Below, piece after piece: positions 1 to 12,744 of a DNA stretch of 64,000 nucleotides. The position numbers and the translations under genes are program-made. Each line of letters begins with the position of its first letter. Position 1 is the stretch's first letter. The notes under the pieces were generated by a model. The model worked only from the letters and a program-made list of their open reading frames with translations. It had not been told where the DNA came from and searched no databases. This stretch comes from Octopus sinensis (lineage: Eukaryota), in assembly GCF_006345805.1 (NCBI RefSeq), contig NC_043005.1, forward strand, positions 100,440,001-100,504,000, read 5' to 3'.

Positions 1-389
1 TGACCACAGTCAAATGACTGAAACAAGCAAAAGAGTAAAAGAATATAGGCACACATTACATAATTTATGCACACATTACATGCATAAATACCTAAGTACA
101 TACATGCATTACATACATTGCATGCATACATAAATACATACATGCATCATACACACGACATACACATACACCTTACATACATTATATACATACTTTGGGT
201 TCAGGTTAGAAACTGGCTCTTTCACCATTGGCAAGGAATTGAGAAATAAAACCATATCGTAAAATACATACATAACATTCATACAACAAAGGACATAAAA
301 TAAGATACAAATCAACAAGGAGATGAGATGAATTCACAATGAATTTTTTTTTTTGCTTGATGCTCAAAGAAATGGAAAGAGTTAACTGT

Positions 390-600
390 TCTCTTTTACT
401 TGTTTCAGTCATTTGACTGAGGCTATGCTGGAGCACCGCCTTTCAGTCGAGAAAATCAACCCCAGGACTTATTCTTTGTAAGCCTAGTACTTATTCTATC
501 AGTCTCTTTTGCCGAACCGCTAAGTGACAGGGACGTAAACACACCAATATCGGTTGTCAAGTGATGTTCGGGACAAACACAGACACACAAACATATACAC

Positions 601-639
<39 letters not shown>

Positions 640-830
640 CACGCACATACACATATATATATATACATATATACGACAGGCTTCTTTCAGTTTCTGTCTA
701 CCAAATCCACTCACAAGGCTTTGGTTGGCCCGAGGCTATAGTAGAAGACACTTGCCCAAAGTACCACACAGTGGGACTGAACTTGGAACCATGTGGTTGG
801 TAAGCAAGCTACTTACCACACAGCCACTCC
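390..830 (-). mobile_element. tRNA-derived SINE, family A (CORE-like)
   Basis: Minus strand begins GGAGTGGCTGTGTGGTAAG (A box) ... GGTTCAGTCCC-type B box, then a CORE-like CTTGGGCAAGTG segment, an internal (CA/TA)n tract and a tail ending GACTGAAACAAGTAAAAGAG. At least 13 copies in the window. Confidence 0.85.
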
Positions 831-1658
831 AGTTCAGACATTTCCCTTCCTTAGATAAGTGTAGAGTGGAAAAGATGAAGAAAATACAAAGAAAAACAAG
901 ATATGAATAATCAAGTGAAATCTCCATGTTTGCCATTGACTGACCGGAAGTTGAAGTGTGGGTCAATGGAGCGACCTGAAGCATAAGATGGAGGCGTATT
1001 TCTGTGTAAGTGAGTCTGTATGTACTTGAAATGTGTGGAAAAGGAGTTTTACAAGTGTGCAAGTCGTCTACGTGTCATGTATTTTTGTGTACATGACAGC
1101 ATGTGCATGGTCAGGCTTCTTTTGTTAGGTATGTGTGTGTGTGTGTGTGTAATACATATACTTGTGTGTGTAATACATATACGTGTGTGTGTGTGTGTGT
1201 GTATCAAAGAAGGGATAAGAGCAGGATGGTTAGTGAACTGCTAAGGTTAAAAGGAGTGTGGATTTGGAGGGAAAAATAGAATGCTGTTCCCTATGAAATC
1301 TAGATTTCTTGGATCCAGTTTCCAAAGCCAAACTGGATGTCATGAACATGTCTGTTAGCTGAACAGTAGCTAGTTTGACCAACATACAAGCTGTAGCAGA
1401 GTGAGCTTCAGTATTTTATTGCTTTTTTTTTCAAATTTCTCCTTATCTTTCCTAATCTTTTTTCCAAGTAGTAGTGAAGATTGATCTCAGGATGTTGGGC
1501 TTCATGGAGGAGATGACAATGGACTGAGATGTCTGGCAATAATGGGTTCTTGAGAAAACCCACTTAACTCAGCAAAACTGAGTTCTGGAAGTGAAACTGA
1601 CTCTCGTGACATCGGCGGAGGTGGCGGCGGCAGCATCACCACCACCACCACCACCACC

Positions 1659-1691
<33 letters not shown>

Positions 1692-1931
1692 GTTCGACGA
1701 TTTGACTGAGGACTGGCAAACCAGATGGCTGCACCAGGCTCCAATCTTTGTGTTCCCAATAAACCAAAATACATCTCTTCACCTTTTCCTCACATTTCCT
1801 CTTTTGCATGCACTATGCTTACGCACATCAATCTCTCCCTCCCCATTTCTGGAGCCCAATCCTCTTCCCTCCCCCCAGTCCTGCTCACTGTATCCTCACT
1901 AGCCTGTTGTCCCCACCACTATCTCTTTGTT

Positions 1932-2240
1932 TTGTTTTGTTGTTTGTTCCTTCTCGAGCCATGCCTGGCTCATAAGGGCCAGTTTCCCGGTTTCCTTGGC
2001 GTATAGGTTCCCCACCTGGACGGGACGCCGGTCCATCGCAGGTGAGCTGTAGGATGCAGGAGGAAAGAGTGAGAGAAAGTTGTGGCAAAGGAGTCAGCAG
2101 AAGTTCGCCATTACCTTCTGCCGGAGCCGTGTGGAGCTTAGGTGTTTCGCTCATAAACACACATATCGCCTGGGAGATTCGAACCTGTGATCCCTCGACT
2201 GCAAGTCCGCTGCTCTAACCACTAGGCCATGTGCCTCCAC
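1932..2240 (-). mobile_element. tRNA-derived SINE, family B
   Basis: Minus strand head GTGGAGGCACATGGCCTAGTGGTTAGAGCAGCGGACT...GGTTCGAATC, body with TGCGATGGACCGGCGTCCCGTCCAGG (V-domain-like), (AAAC)n tail. Five copies in the window. Confidence 0.85.
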
Positions 2241-2449
2241 ACCATCTCTTTGCATTCACACGAACTTCCTACTCTCTACTTATGCACTCTTGGCAATGCT
2301 ACACCATACTCCTCCAAACTTTAGAAGTGGAGGGTCACCACTGGATGCAATTCAATGTCCTGACTGATGATTGGAAAAAGAAATTAGAAGAAATGCAGCA
2401 CATTGCTTTGTGATATTCTATGGCAGAGAACTTAGAATACAATGCAGTA

Positions 2450-2805
2450 GAACGATGTGATATAGAGGGGGAGGATATGATAAAGAAAGAGATATGCTAT
2501 AGAGAAAGACATGATACAAAAGGAGATGTGATTTGGAGGGAGATATGACGTAGAGGGATATGATAAGGGAGATAAGATAGAGAGGAAGATATATATACCT
2601 GATATATAAGATATATATAAGATATATATAAGATATATTTAAGATATATATAAGATATATATATAAGATATATATAAGATAAGATATATATACCTGATAT
2701 ATAAGATATATATAAGATATATACCTGATATATAAGATATATATAAGATATATATACCTGATATATATATACCTGCTATATATACCTGCTATACATACCT
2801 GAGAT
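2450..2805. repeat. degenerate ~20-bp GA-rich repeat followed by an 11-14 bp (AAGATATATAT / CCTGATATAT) minisatellite
   Basis: Directly visible tandem units. Confidence 0.75.
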
Positions 2806-2964
2806 AAATTATTACCAAATTGACACAGTATCAGATGTGATATATTGTTAGGTAAAACCTGTTATCAAAACATATCCATAAAAAGAAAAGGAACTACCCT
2901 TAGAATATTCGAAAGAAGTTTCTACATGTGAGATACTTCATAATATGGCTATGATTGGAGTAAG

Positions 2965-3095
2965 GTACTGCAAGTGACTGTCTGGCTAAGGAAATGGTAC
3001 TTTGAATGACAACATGGCCACAACAGACGTATGGCAGTCTAGACGATAATGTTGTGGAAATGTGTTACTCTGGGTAAGAACATGATTAGAATATA
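2965..3095 (+). pseudogene. possible R4/Dong-like retrotransposon C-terminal remnant
   Basis: Broken translation 'CLAK..WY..DNMA...VW' and 'LLW' resembles the C-x-x-LA-x-x-x-Y-x-x-RHD-x-VA and LLWD motifs of RLE-type non-LTR elements. Very decayed. Confidence 0.3.
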
Positions 3096-3228
3096 GTACC
3101 CCAAGTGGTATCATGATTGCGATATGGTAGTCTGAGTGATAAAATAAGACTATTCACTCAATTGGTGAAGACTCACTCACCAAAATGCTGCAATCACTGA
3201 CTAATATATAAATTGCATCTTTCTGCTA

Positions 3229-3622
3229 TTGCTGTTGAGCGTAGCGGTCTTTGTCCCAGAGCTCGCAAGATCGCGCCTGAGGATTGTCTGTAGAAGTCCG
3301 AAATGTGGTCCTTTGCTATTCGTAAGACCCGCAGAAGAGAAAGCAGGTCAACCCCCGACACCGAGAGCATCGATGGATGGATGAATACGCATTCAGGCTC
3401 AGCGGTTGCGTAGGAAGTTAGGGACAAGAAACCGAAAGAAAGAGTGAGAGAAAGTTGGAGCGAAAGAGTACAACAGGGGTCGCTACCACCCCCTGCCGGA
3501 GCCACGTGGAACTTTAGGTGTTTTTGCTCAATAAACACACACAATGCCTGGTCTGGGAATCGAAACCGTGATCCTCCGACCGCGAGTCCGCTGCCCTAAC
3601 CACTGGGCCATTGCGCCTCCAC
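3229..3622 (-). mobile_element. SINE family B head with an alternative CpG-rich 3' body
   Basis: Same tRNA-like head (GTGGAGGCGCAATGGCCCAGTGGTTAGGGCAGCGGACTCGCGG) but 3229-3430 differs from the other B copies. TGCTGTTG on both flanks is a possible TSD. Confidence 0.75.
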
Positions 3623-4022
3623 TTGCTGCTGTTGCTGCTATAGCTGTTACTGCAACTACTACCACCTCTTCTATTCCATCAAATTATCAATTCTCATATG
3701 TCTTCCAGAAAAGTTCATTCTACATTTCCATCTATTTTCCTCTAATTTTCCCAATTATTTCCTTCATGTCACATGAGAAATATCGTTCAATAAGTATTTC
3801 CCTATAAATGGGAATCTCTATAAAAACTCTGAATGTTTTTTGAACCAAACTTTTCCTGCAGAAGTAAGTCAGTGTAAAGAATTTCAAATGCTCCTCTCTT
3901 CTGCTGGTCTGAAATGATCCCCAAAAGTTTGAGGCTATTATCCACTCCTTCTCTCACCAACTAATTATTTAACCTGTAACGATAACGATTGCTGCTGCTA
4001 CTGATGAGGATATATAAGGTTC

Positions 4023-4394
4023 TATCTTTTATCTTTTACTAGTTTGAGTCACTGGACTGTGGCCAAGCTGGGGCACTGCCTTGAAGGTTTTAGTCAAACA
4101 AATTGAACCCAGTATTTATGTTTTAAAATCTGGTATTTATTCTGTTGGTCTCTTTTGCTGAACTGCTAAGTTACAAGGACATAAACAAACTAACATCAGT
4201 TGTTAGGCGATGATAGAACACACACACACACACATAATAGGCTTCTCTCAGTTTCCATCTACCAAATCCACTTACAAAGCTTTGGTCAACCCTGAGCTTC
4301 AGTAGAAGAGAATTGTCCAAAGTGCCACAAAGTGGGGGAATTGAACCTAGAATCATGTGGTTTGGAAACAAACCTCTTACCACACAGCCATGCC
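4023..4394 (-). mobile_element. SINE family A (older, diverged copy)
   Basis: Aligns by eye to 390-830. Confidence 0.75.
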
Positions 4395-4426
4395 TTATAG
4401 ATATATCTCTAATTGGATCAACATGT

Positions 4427-4755
4427 CATCATCATCATCATCATCATCCTCATTTAACGTCCGCTTTCCATGCTAGTATGGGTTGGACGATTAGACTGAG
4501 GACTGGCAAACCAGATGGCTGCACCAGTCTCCAATCTGATCTGGCAGAGTTTCTACAGCTGGATGCCCTTCCTAATGCCAACCACTCCGAGAGTGTAGTG
4601 GGTGCTTTTTACGTGCCACCGGCATGGGGGCCAGTCAGGCGGTACTGGCAATGACCTAGCTTGAATCTTTTTACACATGCCAGTAAGTTGACGTTGCTAA
4701 TGATCACGCTCGAATGGTGCCTTTTTACATGCCACCGGCATGGAAGCCAGTTGGC
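4427..4755 (-). mobile_element. RTE LINE 3' UTR (5'-truncated), (ATG)n tail
   Basis: Minus strand TTAGGAAGGGCATCCAGCTGTAGAAAC...CATGGAAAGCGGACGTTAAATGA plus GAT repeats. The same UTR follows an RTE-like ORF end at 54247-54337. Confidence 0.75.
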
Positions 4756-6367
4756 CATTCTCTTTAACTTTCCAATGCCCCATCTTTTCCTGATTGGTCA
4801 AAGGAGTCAACTCTTTAGTGAAGATTATACAAAACTTGTTATGATAGTGACCAACACCAATAGAATATATGATAAACACTGGGAGACCGGAATGAGGAAT
4901 AGCTTAAGGTGTAAAAACCATAACAGAATATGTAATATTTCATAGACACTAGTTAACCCTGCATTTGGTAAGCTGTCTGCTACAAAACTGATTGTGAATT
5001 GACCAATTAAATCCGTGTCAGAAAAATAGGTTAATCCTCTGAGATCTAACTTAAGAACACAATAAAATGTTCACCGTTCTCCTCACATATCAGGCATCTT
5101 GTTATTTCAGTCAAATTTTCCACTGCTCTTCAAGTATGTATTCCAATATAAGTGGAGTTAAAAAATAACAAACAGAACAGGAAAAAAATTAATTAGGTAA
5201 ATGAAGCATGAATTAGAAAAGCAACTCCTTCCTCTATACTGCAACAGCAACAACAAAATTAACAACAACAATAGGAAAATATTTTTTTAAAGGAAAAGAA
5301 AATTTTAATAACCTTTCAGACTGATGACAGACAATTTTCTAAAAAGTAGGTGAACGGATCATCTGACCATGAAATTGGCATGCAAGATTGTATTTGTTGC
5401 TAAGAGATGGAAAAATAAAAGCGAGGTGTGTAGAGTTATGCATTGTGTAGTTTTCTACTGTACACTATATGGCACTGAGATCAATAAATCAATTAAAACA
5501 GCAGTAAACAGATTTGTTTGAGATATTTGAGGAGAGATAGGCTCTTAGAGCAGAACTAAAGTGAATTGATATTATTAACTAAGCAAAAATGACCAGTACA
5601 AGGTCAGACAGAATGGAAGAGAGAATGAGACAGAGAGGGAGAGAGAGAGAGGAGAGAGAGAAAGAGAGTGAGTGAGAGAGAGAAACAAAGAGAGATGGGG
5701 AGAGAGAGAGCAGAGGGGAGATGGAGGGAAGGAGAAAACAGGAAGAGATCTAACTGTGAGACTCTTGTATAATCACAGCCCACATCTCCATCAGCTACAC
5801 ATCTACTTCTTGTAAGGAGTTCAATAAGCTTCTTTAGGAAGAAACACACAGCTCTCAGTCAGACGTGTCACTCAAATACAAAACCATCTAATAAAAGAAT
5901 CCACTTGTTTTCCAGAAAAATGTTCTTTCTTTTAGATTTGTTCTTGCTTGCTGCATTTTATTTCAATCAATCCAATCAAGAGAGATTTTTAAGAATGGAT
6001 TATCTACAGCGACCTACATTGGTGTTCTGGAAATAATGCAATAACAATGAACGCTGCCAAGGAGAGAATCTCTAACATGGTTATCAGCATGTTAGAAATA
6101 GCAGCCAAATATTCCTAGTATCACACACACCTGCTATCTCAAATATGGAATAACATATTAGGTAATTTAGTCCTAGATACATCGTGTTTGAAATAAAAAG
6201 TCAACGGTGAGAGATGGGATACCTTGATCATGGGATCATGGGTACTTTTGGTCCATTTGGAATTGACCAAGGGTTAAACGACAATGGTACCAAGAAGAAA
6301 TGTAGGCAAGAGAGAAGAGAAAAATAATTCATTTTATATGCAAAATATAATTTCTATAGAGTAATTC

Positions 6368-6620
6368 CGTGCTGGTGGCACGTAAAATGCACCAACTGAT
6401 CATGGCCGTTTCCAGCCTCTCCTGGCACCTGTGCCGGTGGCACGTAAAAAGCACCCACTACACTCGTGGAGTGGTTAGCGTTAGGAAGGGCATCCAGCTG
6501 TAGAAACTCTGCCGGATCAGACTGGAGCCTGGTGCAGCCTCTTGGCTTCCCAGACCCTGGTCAAACCATCCAACCCATGCTAGCATGGAAAACGGACGCT
6601 AAACGATGATGATGATTATG
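6368..6620 (+). mobile_element. RTE LINE 3' UTR (5'-truncated)
   Basis: Two GGTGGCACGTAAAA repeat units, AGGAAGGGCATCCAGCTGTAG, (GAT)n tail. Confidence 0.75.
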
Positions 6621-7460
6621 ATAATAGAGAAAGTCATGATTACTTTCTGTAATATACTACAAGGGTCCATCATTCCCAGCTTTAATCAATCTGCTTTCAA
6701 GCACTTAGAACACTTTAGAAAATCAAGAACATCACAAATTGCTATTTCTTGCCCAAAACTATGAGGTTCTTATAACTACTTAAAATAAACCAATAAGGAA
6801 TACTTTTAAGTGAACAAAGCACCAATATTTATACTGCAGGGTGAAGCAGCTAAATGAATGGAGTATGTTGCTGTTAGTTGCCAGCGAGTCTTGGCGTGGT
6901 GAAAGATTATGTTGACCCCTACAACATCTCAAATCATGGAATTCTCAAATTAATATCAGCTCTTCTCTGTTTTGGCAGACTTCTTTAAAGCAATGACACA
7001 GAATCATTGCTTGTGTTCCATGTCAAATCTAGAGATGTCATAGAGGGGTGTCTGTGGTAAATATTAATTAAATACTGAAGCGAAAGAATTAAAACTGGGA
7101 GTCAAAATCAGGAAACAAACTCAACTTTTATGATGTAATATCATGCAATCTTGTAACAGATTTTAATTTAGGCAGAAGGCCATCAATACTGAGAGGTTGA
7201 GGTTAGCCGATACTGTCAACCTAAGTACTCAACTGGTATGATTGGTACTTTATTTTATTGACCTTGATAGGACTGAACCCGGATCCATGTGGTTGGTAAG
7301 CAAGCTACTTACCACACAGCCACTCCTGTGAGAATCTGTTTTCTCATTATCCTTTTTCCTTTTCTGGTTTTTACATTGTTTCCACAGATTAGTTCATTCA
7401 ATGTTCATATTTCCCCTTTCATTATTTCATGTTGTTATAATTATTATTATTATTATTATT

Positions 7461-8007
7461 ATTGAGTGAGAGAGCAGTATATGCCATCAAAGTGAGACAG
7501 GGGTAAAATATACAAAGCTCAGTATACCCATCATGACTACACATCTGATAAGGGTACACCAGGCACATGCATCACAACCATATCTGCATGACATGGTGAT
7601 CTCATATCAAGATAAACAGCACATGACCTTGCAGGTGGGGCCCAGTTAGAATTTTCTTCTGGTTGAGTAGCCCATCCTGCTCAAAAGGTCCCTGAATAAG
7701 GGTTATGGAAGGATACTAAACGTAACACCCATGTTTCCAGAGGAGAATTATTCAAACCCCAAAGAATCCCTCTCAACACATGGCTATGATGCTCCCCCAC
7801 TACTTCTACTCGTGATCAGAAATGCACATATCATCAGCCACTAAGGGTCATGCTCAACCGGTTAAGGTCAAACAACTGACAAGCAAATCTGTGGTATTGA
7901 GCAGAATATTTGCTGTAGCCCATCTTTTATACCAGACAAAACAATGTATGTTATAACACTTCCAATCAGTTAATATCAAAAGCCATGAGAGCCACTGCCT
8001 GGTACTG

Positions 8008-8010
<3 letters not shown>
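7461..8010 (-). mobile_element. non-autonomous element (family E) inserted in a (TAA)n microsatellite
   Basis: About 550 bp flanked on both sides by (TTA)n; homologous to the tandem units at 62833-64000. Strand assumed from a (TAA)n 3' tail. Confidence 0.7.
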
Positions 8011-8055
<45 letters not shown>

Positions 8056-8161
8056 CATCAACTTAAAAAACTGATGATGTCATTCCATCAATAAATGGAC
8101 ACTGGTTGCTGTCGTTCATACTTTACATGTAAGTTTCTATAATTTTGAATTTTTATCACTT

Positions 8162-8215
8162 CTTATTTTGAACTTGACAAAGACAGACTTACTGTTGAAA
8201 TATCGTTCAAATAAG
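8162..8215 (+). ncRNA. degenerate minimal hammerhead ribozyme (PLE type)
   Basis: Stem I TTTGAAC/GTTCAAA, core TTGACAA (2 changes from CTGACGA), stem II GACAG/CTGTT, GAAATATC with palindromic stem III. Confidence 0.5.
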
Positions 8216-8696
8216 TAATTTACTCTGTATCCATGGTTTGGAAGCTTAGAGATATTGTTGGATCCTATTTTCAAAACTGTAAAGCTATAGAACTAACCAC
8301 GTTGGAGTACAGTCTTGATTACTATGTGAAATGAAATCACACTGAGAATGGCAGAACCAGAGACAGGCAAAGCAAGCCATTATGTAGAATAAAAAGATCA
8401 TATACAATATGCTGAGACGAAAGAAATGATTTGAAAAGAATAGCTATGTTGCCTTAGAGCAATGGTGAAGAGAAGAATATTTAAGTATAAAAAAATAGTG
8501 TGGCAGTAACCAATATCCTAATATTCACAGCAGTCACCTAAAGTATCCGAGCATAACCTAAAGTGCCCCAAAATAATCAATTGGAAACAGCAAGACATTT
8601 AGCACAAGTAAATGGGAAACAACATTTGGATTATATCATCCAAAATAATGCAGCATTCAGGATTTACTCACAAAGACATAATAATCCTGTCTACAA

Positions 8697-9012
8697 GTGG
8701 AGACACAATGGCCCAGTGGTTAGGGCAGTGGACTCGCAGTCGGAGGATCACAGTTTCGATTCTCAGACCGGGCATTGTGTGTGTTTATTGAGCGAAAACA
8801 CCTAAAAGCTCCATGAGGCCCCAGTAGTAGGGGGAGGGGCGACCACGGTTGTACTCTTTCGCCCCCACTTTCTCTCATTCATTCTTACTGTTTCTTGAGT
8901 AATGCTGCGATGGACTGGCATCCCATCCAGGTGGGGGGAACATATATGCCATAGAAACCGGGAAACCAGGCCCATGAGCCTGGCCAGGCTTGAAAAGAGT
9001 GGATAAATAAAT
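8697..9012 (+). mobile_element. SINE family B
   Basis: GTGGAGACACAATGGCCCAGTGGTTAGGGCAG...GTTTCGATTC head, TGCGATGGACTGGCATCCCATCCAGG body, (TAAA)n tail. Confidence 0.8.
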
Positions 9013-9378
9013 AAAAACTATTGGCACAAGGCCAGAAATTTTGTGGAAGTGTATGTGTGGGGTATGCTTGTCTGTTACATCGACCCCAGTATATAACTGG
9101 TGTTTACTTCAAGATTCGAAAGGGATGAAAGGCAAAGTTGATCTTGGCAGAATTTGAGCACATTAAAGCATAATCATGGAAGAGTGCTTGTCACGTTGGA
9201 GATAAACTATAAAGCTTTTATGATTAACATACCTTTCAAAATAAGGGCCCTTATGATTAACATACCTTTCAAAATAAGGGGCCTTATTAGCAGTGAAACA
9301 GGAATATGAAACAAAATAAGCTATTACGTATGCTGCTTATATTAGTCTGACTGGTGTCCCCACCTGGATTGTTATTTT

Positions 9379-9420
9379 CACTATGTTTTGGCTGTTGTAT
9401 GTACAAGCCTTCTTCAGGTG
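9379..9420 (-). ncRNA. degenerate minimal hammerhead ribozyme
   Basis: Minus strand CAC-CTGAAGA-A-GGCT..AGCC-AAAACATA-GTG: stems I and II intact, GAAA changed to AAAA. Confidence 0.5.
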
Positions 9421-9780
9421 TCTTGAGTTGAACTTGGTCACTGCATCAGAATTTCAAATCTAATCTTTTATTTGATCTACAGGGGTCTACTGTTCCCATT
9501 CCACTCTCTGCATTTCATGAAATTTTTGGCTTCAGTTGAATTATGTGAATTGCCCTAGTGCCTTGCCTGAGATTCAACTCAGATCACTCACATAAGAAAT
9601 AAAAACAAACAAGGAAAATGAAATTTAACTGAAATGATTCTAAAATGACAAAACTTATAAAACAATTTGGATTGAGAAAATGGAAACAGAGCAATTTTTA
9701 ATTATAGAGAATTACGACTACTATTTTCCAACAACAGGCTATAACGAATGCATACATACAATAGTAGACAGCAAACCAGT

Positions 9781-9999
9781 TTACTCTTTTACTTGTTTCA
9801 GTCATTTCACTCTGGCCATGCTGGAGCACCGCCTTTAGTCAAGCAAACCAACCCCAAGACTTATTCTTATTAAGCCTAGTACTTATTCTATCGTTCGCTT
9901 TTGCTGAACCGCTAAGTTACGGGGACATAAACACACCAGCATTGGTTGTCAAGCAATGTTGGGGGGACATACATAGACACATAAACACATACACACATG

Positions 10000-10051
<52 letters not shown>

Positions 10052-10208
10052 CGGCGGGCTTCTTTCAGTTTCTGTCTACCAAATCCACTCACAAGGCTTT
10101 GGTCAGCCTGAGGCTATAGTAGAAGACACTTTCCCAAGGTGCCATGCAGTGGGACTGAACCTGGAACCATGTGGTTGGTAAGCAAGCTACTTACCACACA
10201 GCCACTCT
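9781..10208 (-). mobile_element. SINE family A
   Basis: Full-length match to the family A pattern. Confidence 0.85.
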
Positions 10209-10865
10209 TACATTTGATGAATAATCAAATATGTTAGTTGGATACCTTATTAGGGTTGCATCAGAATACATCATAGACAAGAGAGTTTTATGAGGTCAAG
10301 CAAGGTAGGCACCAAATAATAACCATTCTAGAAACTAATTGACTGAACAGTGTATGTGAAACAGTTAGAAAACAAAACCAATATAAAGAGGAGATGATGG
10401 AAAGTAAAAGGAAGTTGAATTCCCTGGTTTAGGGATCAGTCCTCATGGGCGATATACAAATACGGTCAGAATGGAATAAGAGGAGTTAAAGTTGAGAAAG
10501 ACTTGGACAATATTTCTACGAGGAATTTACTGGGAGAAATAAGAATGCTGAAACAGAAACTGTGTAAATAAAATAGAAAAGAAAATATGTTGTCAAAATC
10601 TGTTCTACAATGAATATAGTTCTACAATGGATTTATAATTAAGTTCCACAGAGACAAAAGATAGAAATCATCAAATACAACTGATAAAGTGTAAATATTC
10701 ACAGTTGAAGGGAAATAATACAAAGAAGGCTCTGGAGATTTAGAGGTCTCTACTAAATGGTATCATACAGGAACCATTTAGTCTGTGATGTAGATTTTAA
10801 CACACTTTTCAACATACAGTATCATGGACCCTCAATAGTAGGTATGTGAGGGAGAGAGAGAGAGT

Positions 10866-11208
10866 ATTTCTTTATTCACCATAAGGTTGAGAAAAAGAGG
10901 GGACGATACGAGGACAGACAAAACAAACATTGGGGTCAGAATATCGAATGAGACGAAACGTATGAATAACAAACAATTAAAATATATACAATTAAATGAG
11001 AATGAGTAATTAAGAAAAAATGAAGCGGAGGACGCGGTTGACCCCACAAACCACATACTCACACTGAAGACTTTGCTTTCTCCTTTTTTATATTCTCGTT
11101 TAAACAGGTTCTTTCACTCGCAACATACTTGCTATAGACTTCCATCTTTTACGAAACACACTTTGCGACAGGCATTTCTTCTCCAGCCTTATTTTCCATT
11201 TCATGTGA
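10866..11208 (-). mobile_element. 3' end of a LINE (Tx1/L1-like, inferred): ORF2 C-terminus plus 3' UTR
   Basis: ORF tail HMKWKIRLEKKCLSQSVFRKRWKSIASMLRVKEPV* resembles the 'F..RW' end of Tx1/L1 ORF2. UTR ends GGTGAATAAAGAAATA. Inserted in a GA-rich tract. Clade assignment is from recalled motifs. Confidence 0.55.
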
Positions 11209-11282
11209 GACAGACAGACAGAGACAGAGAGGGAGAGAGGGAGATTGTTGGTGTGGTAATGATGGAAAGGAAGAACAAGTGA

Positions 11283-11572
11283 AATGAAACATGATGGAAG
11301 AGAGGACTGCAAAAAATATTCAAAAATATTGGAGAGATCTTAGAAGAATTGCATCTTGGTTGTATGAAGAGAGAAGACCTGCTACAGAAGTTGTATAGAT
11401 ATTATAGCATCAAGGAGAAAGAGATTTTTTTTTTTTTTGTCATTATGAGAGAAATCAAGTAAAAACTAGTAGGCAAAAACACCAAGATGAAGAGACTCTC
11501 TGAGAAAACAATACAACTCAAACAGAATATAATATTTAATTCAAGCTAAAAGCATTTATTGAGGACACTGTA
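11283..11572 (+). pseudogene. R4/Dong-like non-LTR retrotransposon ORF fossil (pre-RT region)
   Basis: Translates with stops and frameshifts as ET*WKRGLQ..., LYRYYSIKEKE..., VIMREIK*KLVGKNTKMKRLSEKTIQLKQNIIFNSS*KHLLRTL. This matches the recalled EPWWKRRL...YxIKEKG...EELKQRL.AK..K.KRY...QN..F...QK.FY block of R4/Dong elements. Confidence 0.6.
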
Positions 11573-12744
11573 GGATGACACTCAGAATTCTGTTCCCCTA
11601 GATATGAACAATCATTGTGATACAACATTAAACCAAGACTGGATAATGTACATAAGAAGAAACCTTATGAGAACAACTAACAAAAACAAAATTCATAATA
11701 ATAATAATATGAAAAGAAATGGAAACAAAATTGAAGGAAGAAGAAAAACTCATAACGAAGACAATGATGATGATGATGATATAAATAATACTTTCTTTTT
11801 TAATAATGATAATAATAATAATAATATAATAATATCAGGCATAAAATAACAAGTAAAAGGTAAGCTGAGTGTTGGTTTTATTGAAAAATGCCTACTTTTG
11901 AAGTTGTTTTATTTCTTTTGGTATTCTGGTTGCATTTCTGTTTCTGCTGCATAATTTGCTTCTTCATAAACAAAACAGAAAATATAGCTTCTTTGTTTCA
12001 CTTTCCTGTTTCACTGCTAATAAGGCTCTTTATTTCAAAAGGTATGTGTTTCAGCTAATCATAAAGGCTTTATAGTTTACCTCCATCTTGCTAAGCACAC
12101 TTCCAGTATTCTGTCTTGGTATATAAATCTTGAATGTGTTGTTATTTTGTTATTATAATCCAAATGTTTTTCATTTACTTGTGTTAGATGTTTTGCTGTT
12201 TCCATTCGCTTATTTTAGGTTACTTCTGGTTACTCTAGTTTACTATAGGTTACTGCTGGGAATACCTGTATATTGGCAACTACATACTTATTTTTTTATA
12301 TTTCTCACTTGTTGGTTTTATGCCTTGTTTTATACCTTTTATACCATAATTCTTTTTATACAATTTGGTTCAAGCAATATCGTCAAATCCCAAGATAGAA
12401 AACTAATTTGTATGGAAATGTCAAATATCTGGAATCTGTATCAACTGAAAATGGAATATTCAGGCTGACTAGGAATTTCCATTTCTAATTTCTGGAAATT
12501 ATTCCTTCTTTTTTTGTGAGAATCATTAATAAATATCACTAATAATTAGTTCTTTTTCTTGACAGCTAAAAGGGAAAATTTCATTTAATTAAGGGTTTTT
12601 AAAGATTCAATAAATTTCTGCCATTGGCCTACTTGAGTTATTTCCCTTAGCTCATTTTATTTTTAATTATGGAAATTATGAGTTAAAAATTATTTTTCAC
12701 TTTTTTTCTATACATGAAAATCAATGTCAACTGATCAATAAACA

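Noticed and set aside
554-910. Recurrent peptides such as LLSVSVYQIHSQGFG and ASFSFCLPNPLTRLW in many ORFs
   Set aside because: Incidental translation of the multi-copy SINE A, not a protein family.
3278-3311. CTGAGGA...GAAATGTGGTC hammerhead-like spacing
   Set aside because: Stem II forms only by using core nucleotides, and stem I does not pair.
3550-3622. tRNA-like sequence (also the heads of SINE A, B and C copies)
   Set aside because: These are SINE heads continuing into multi-copy bodies with tails and TSDs; not called as tRNA genes.
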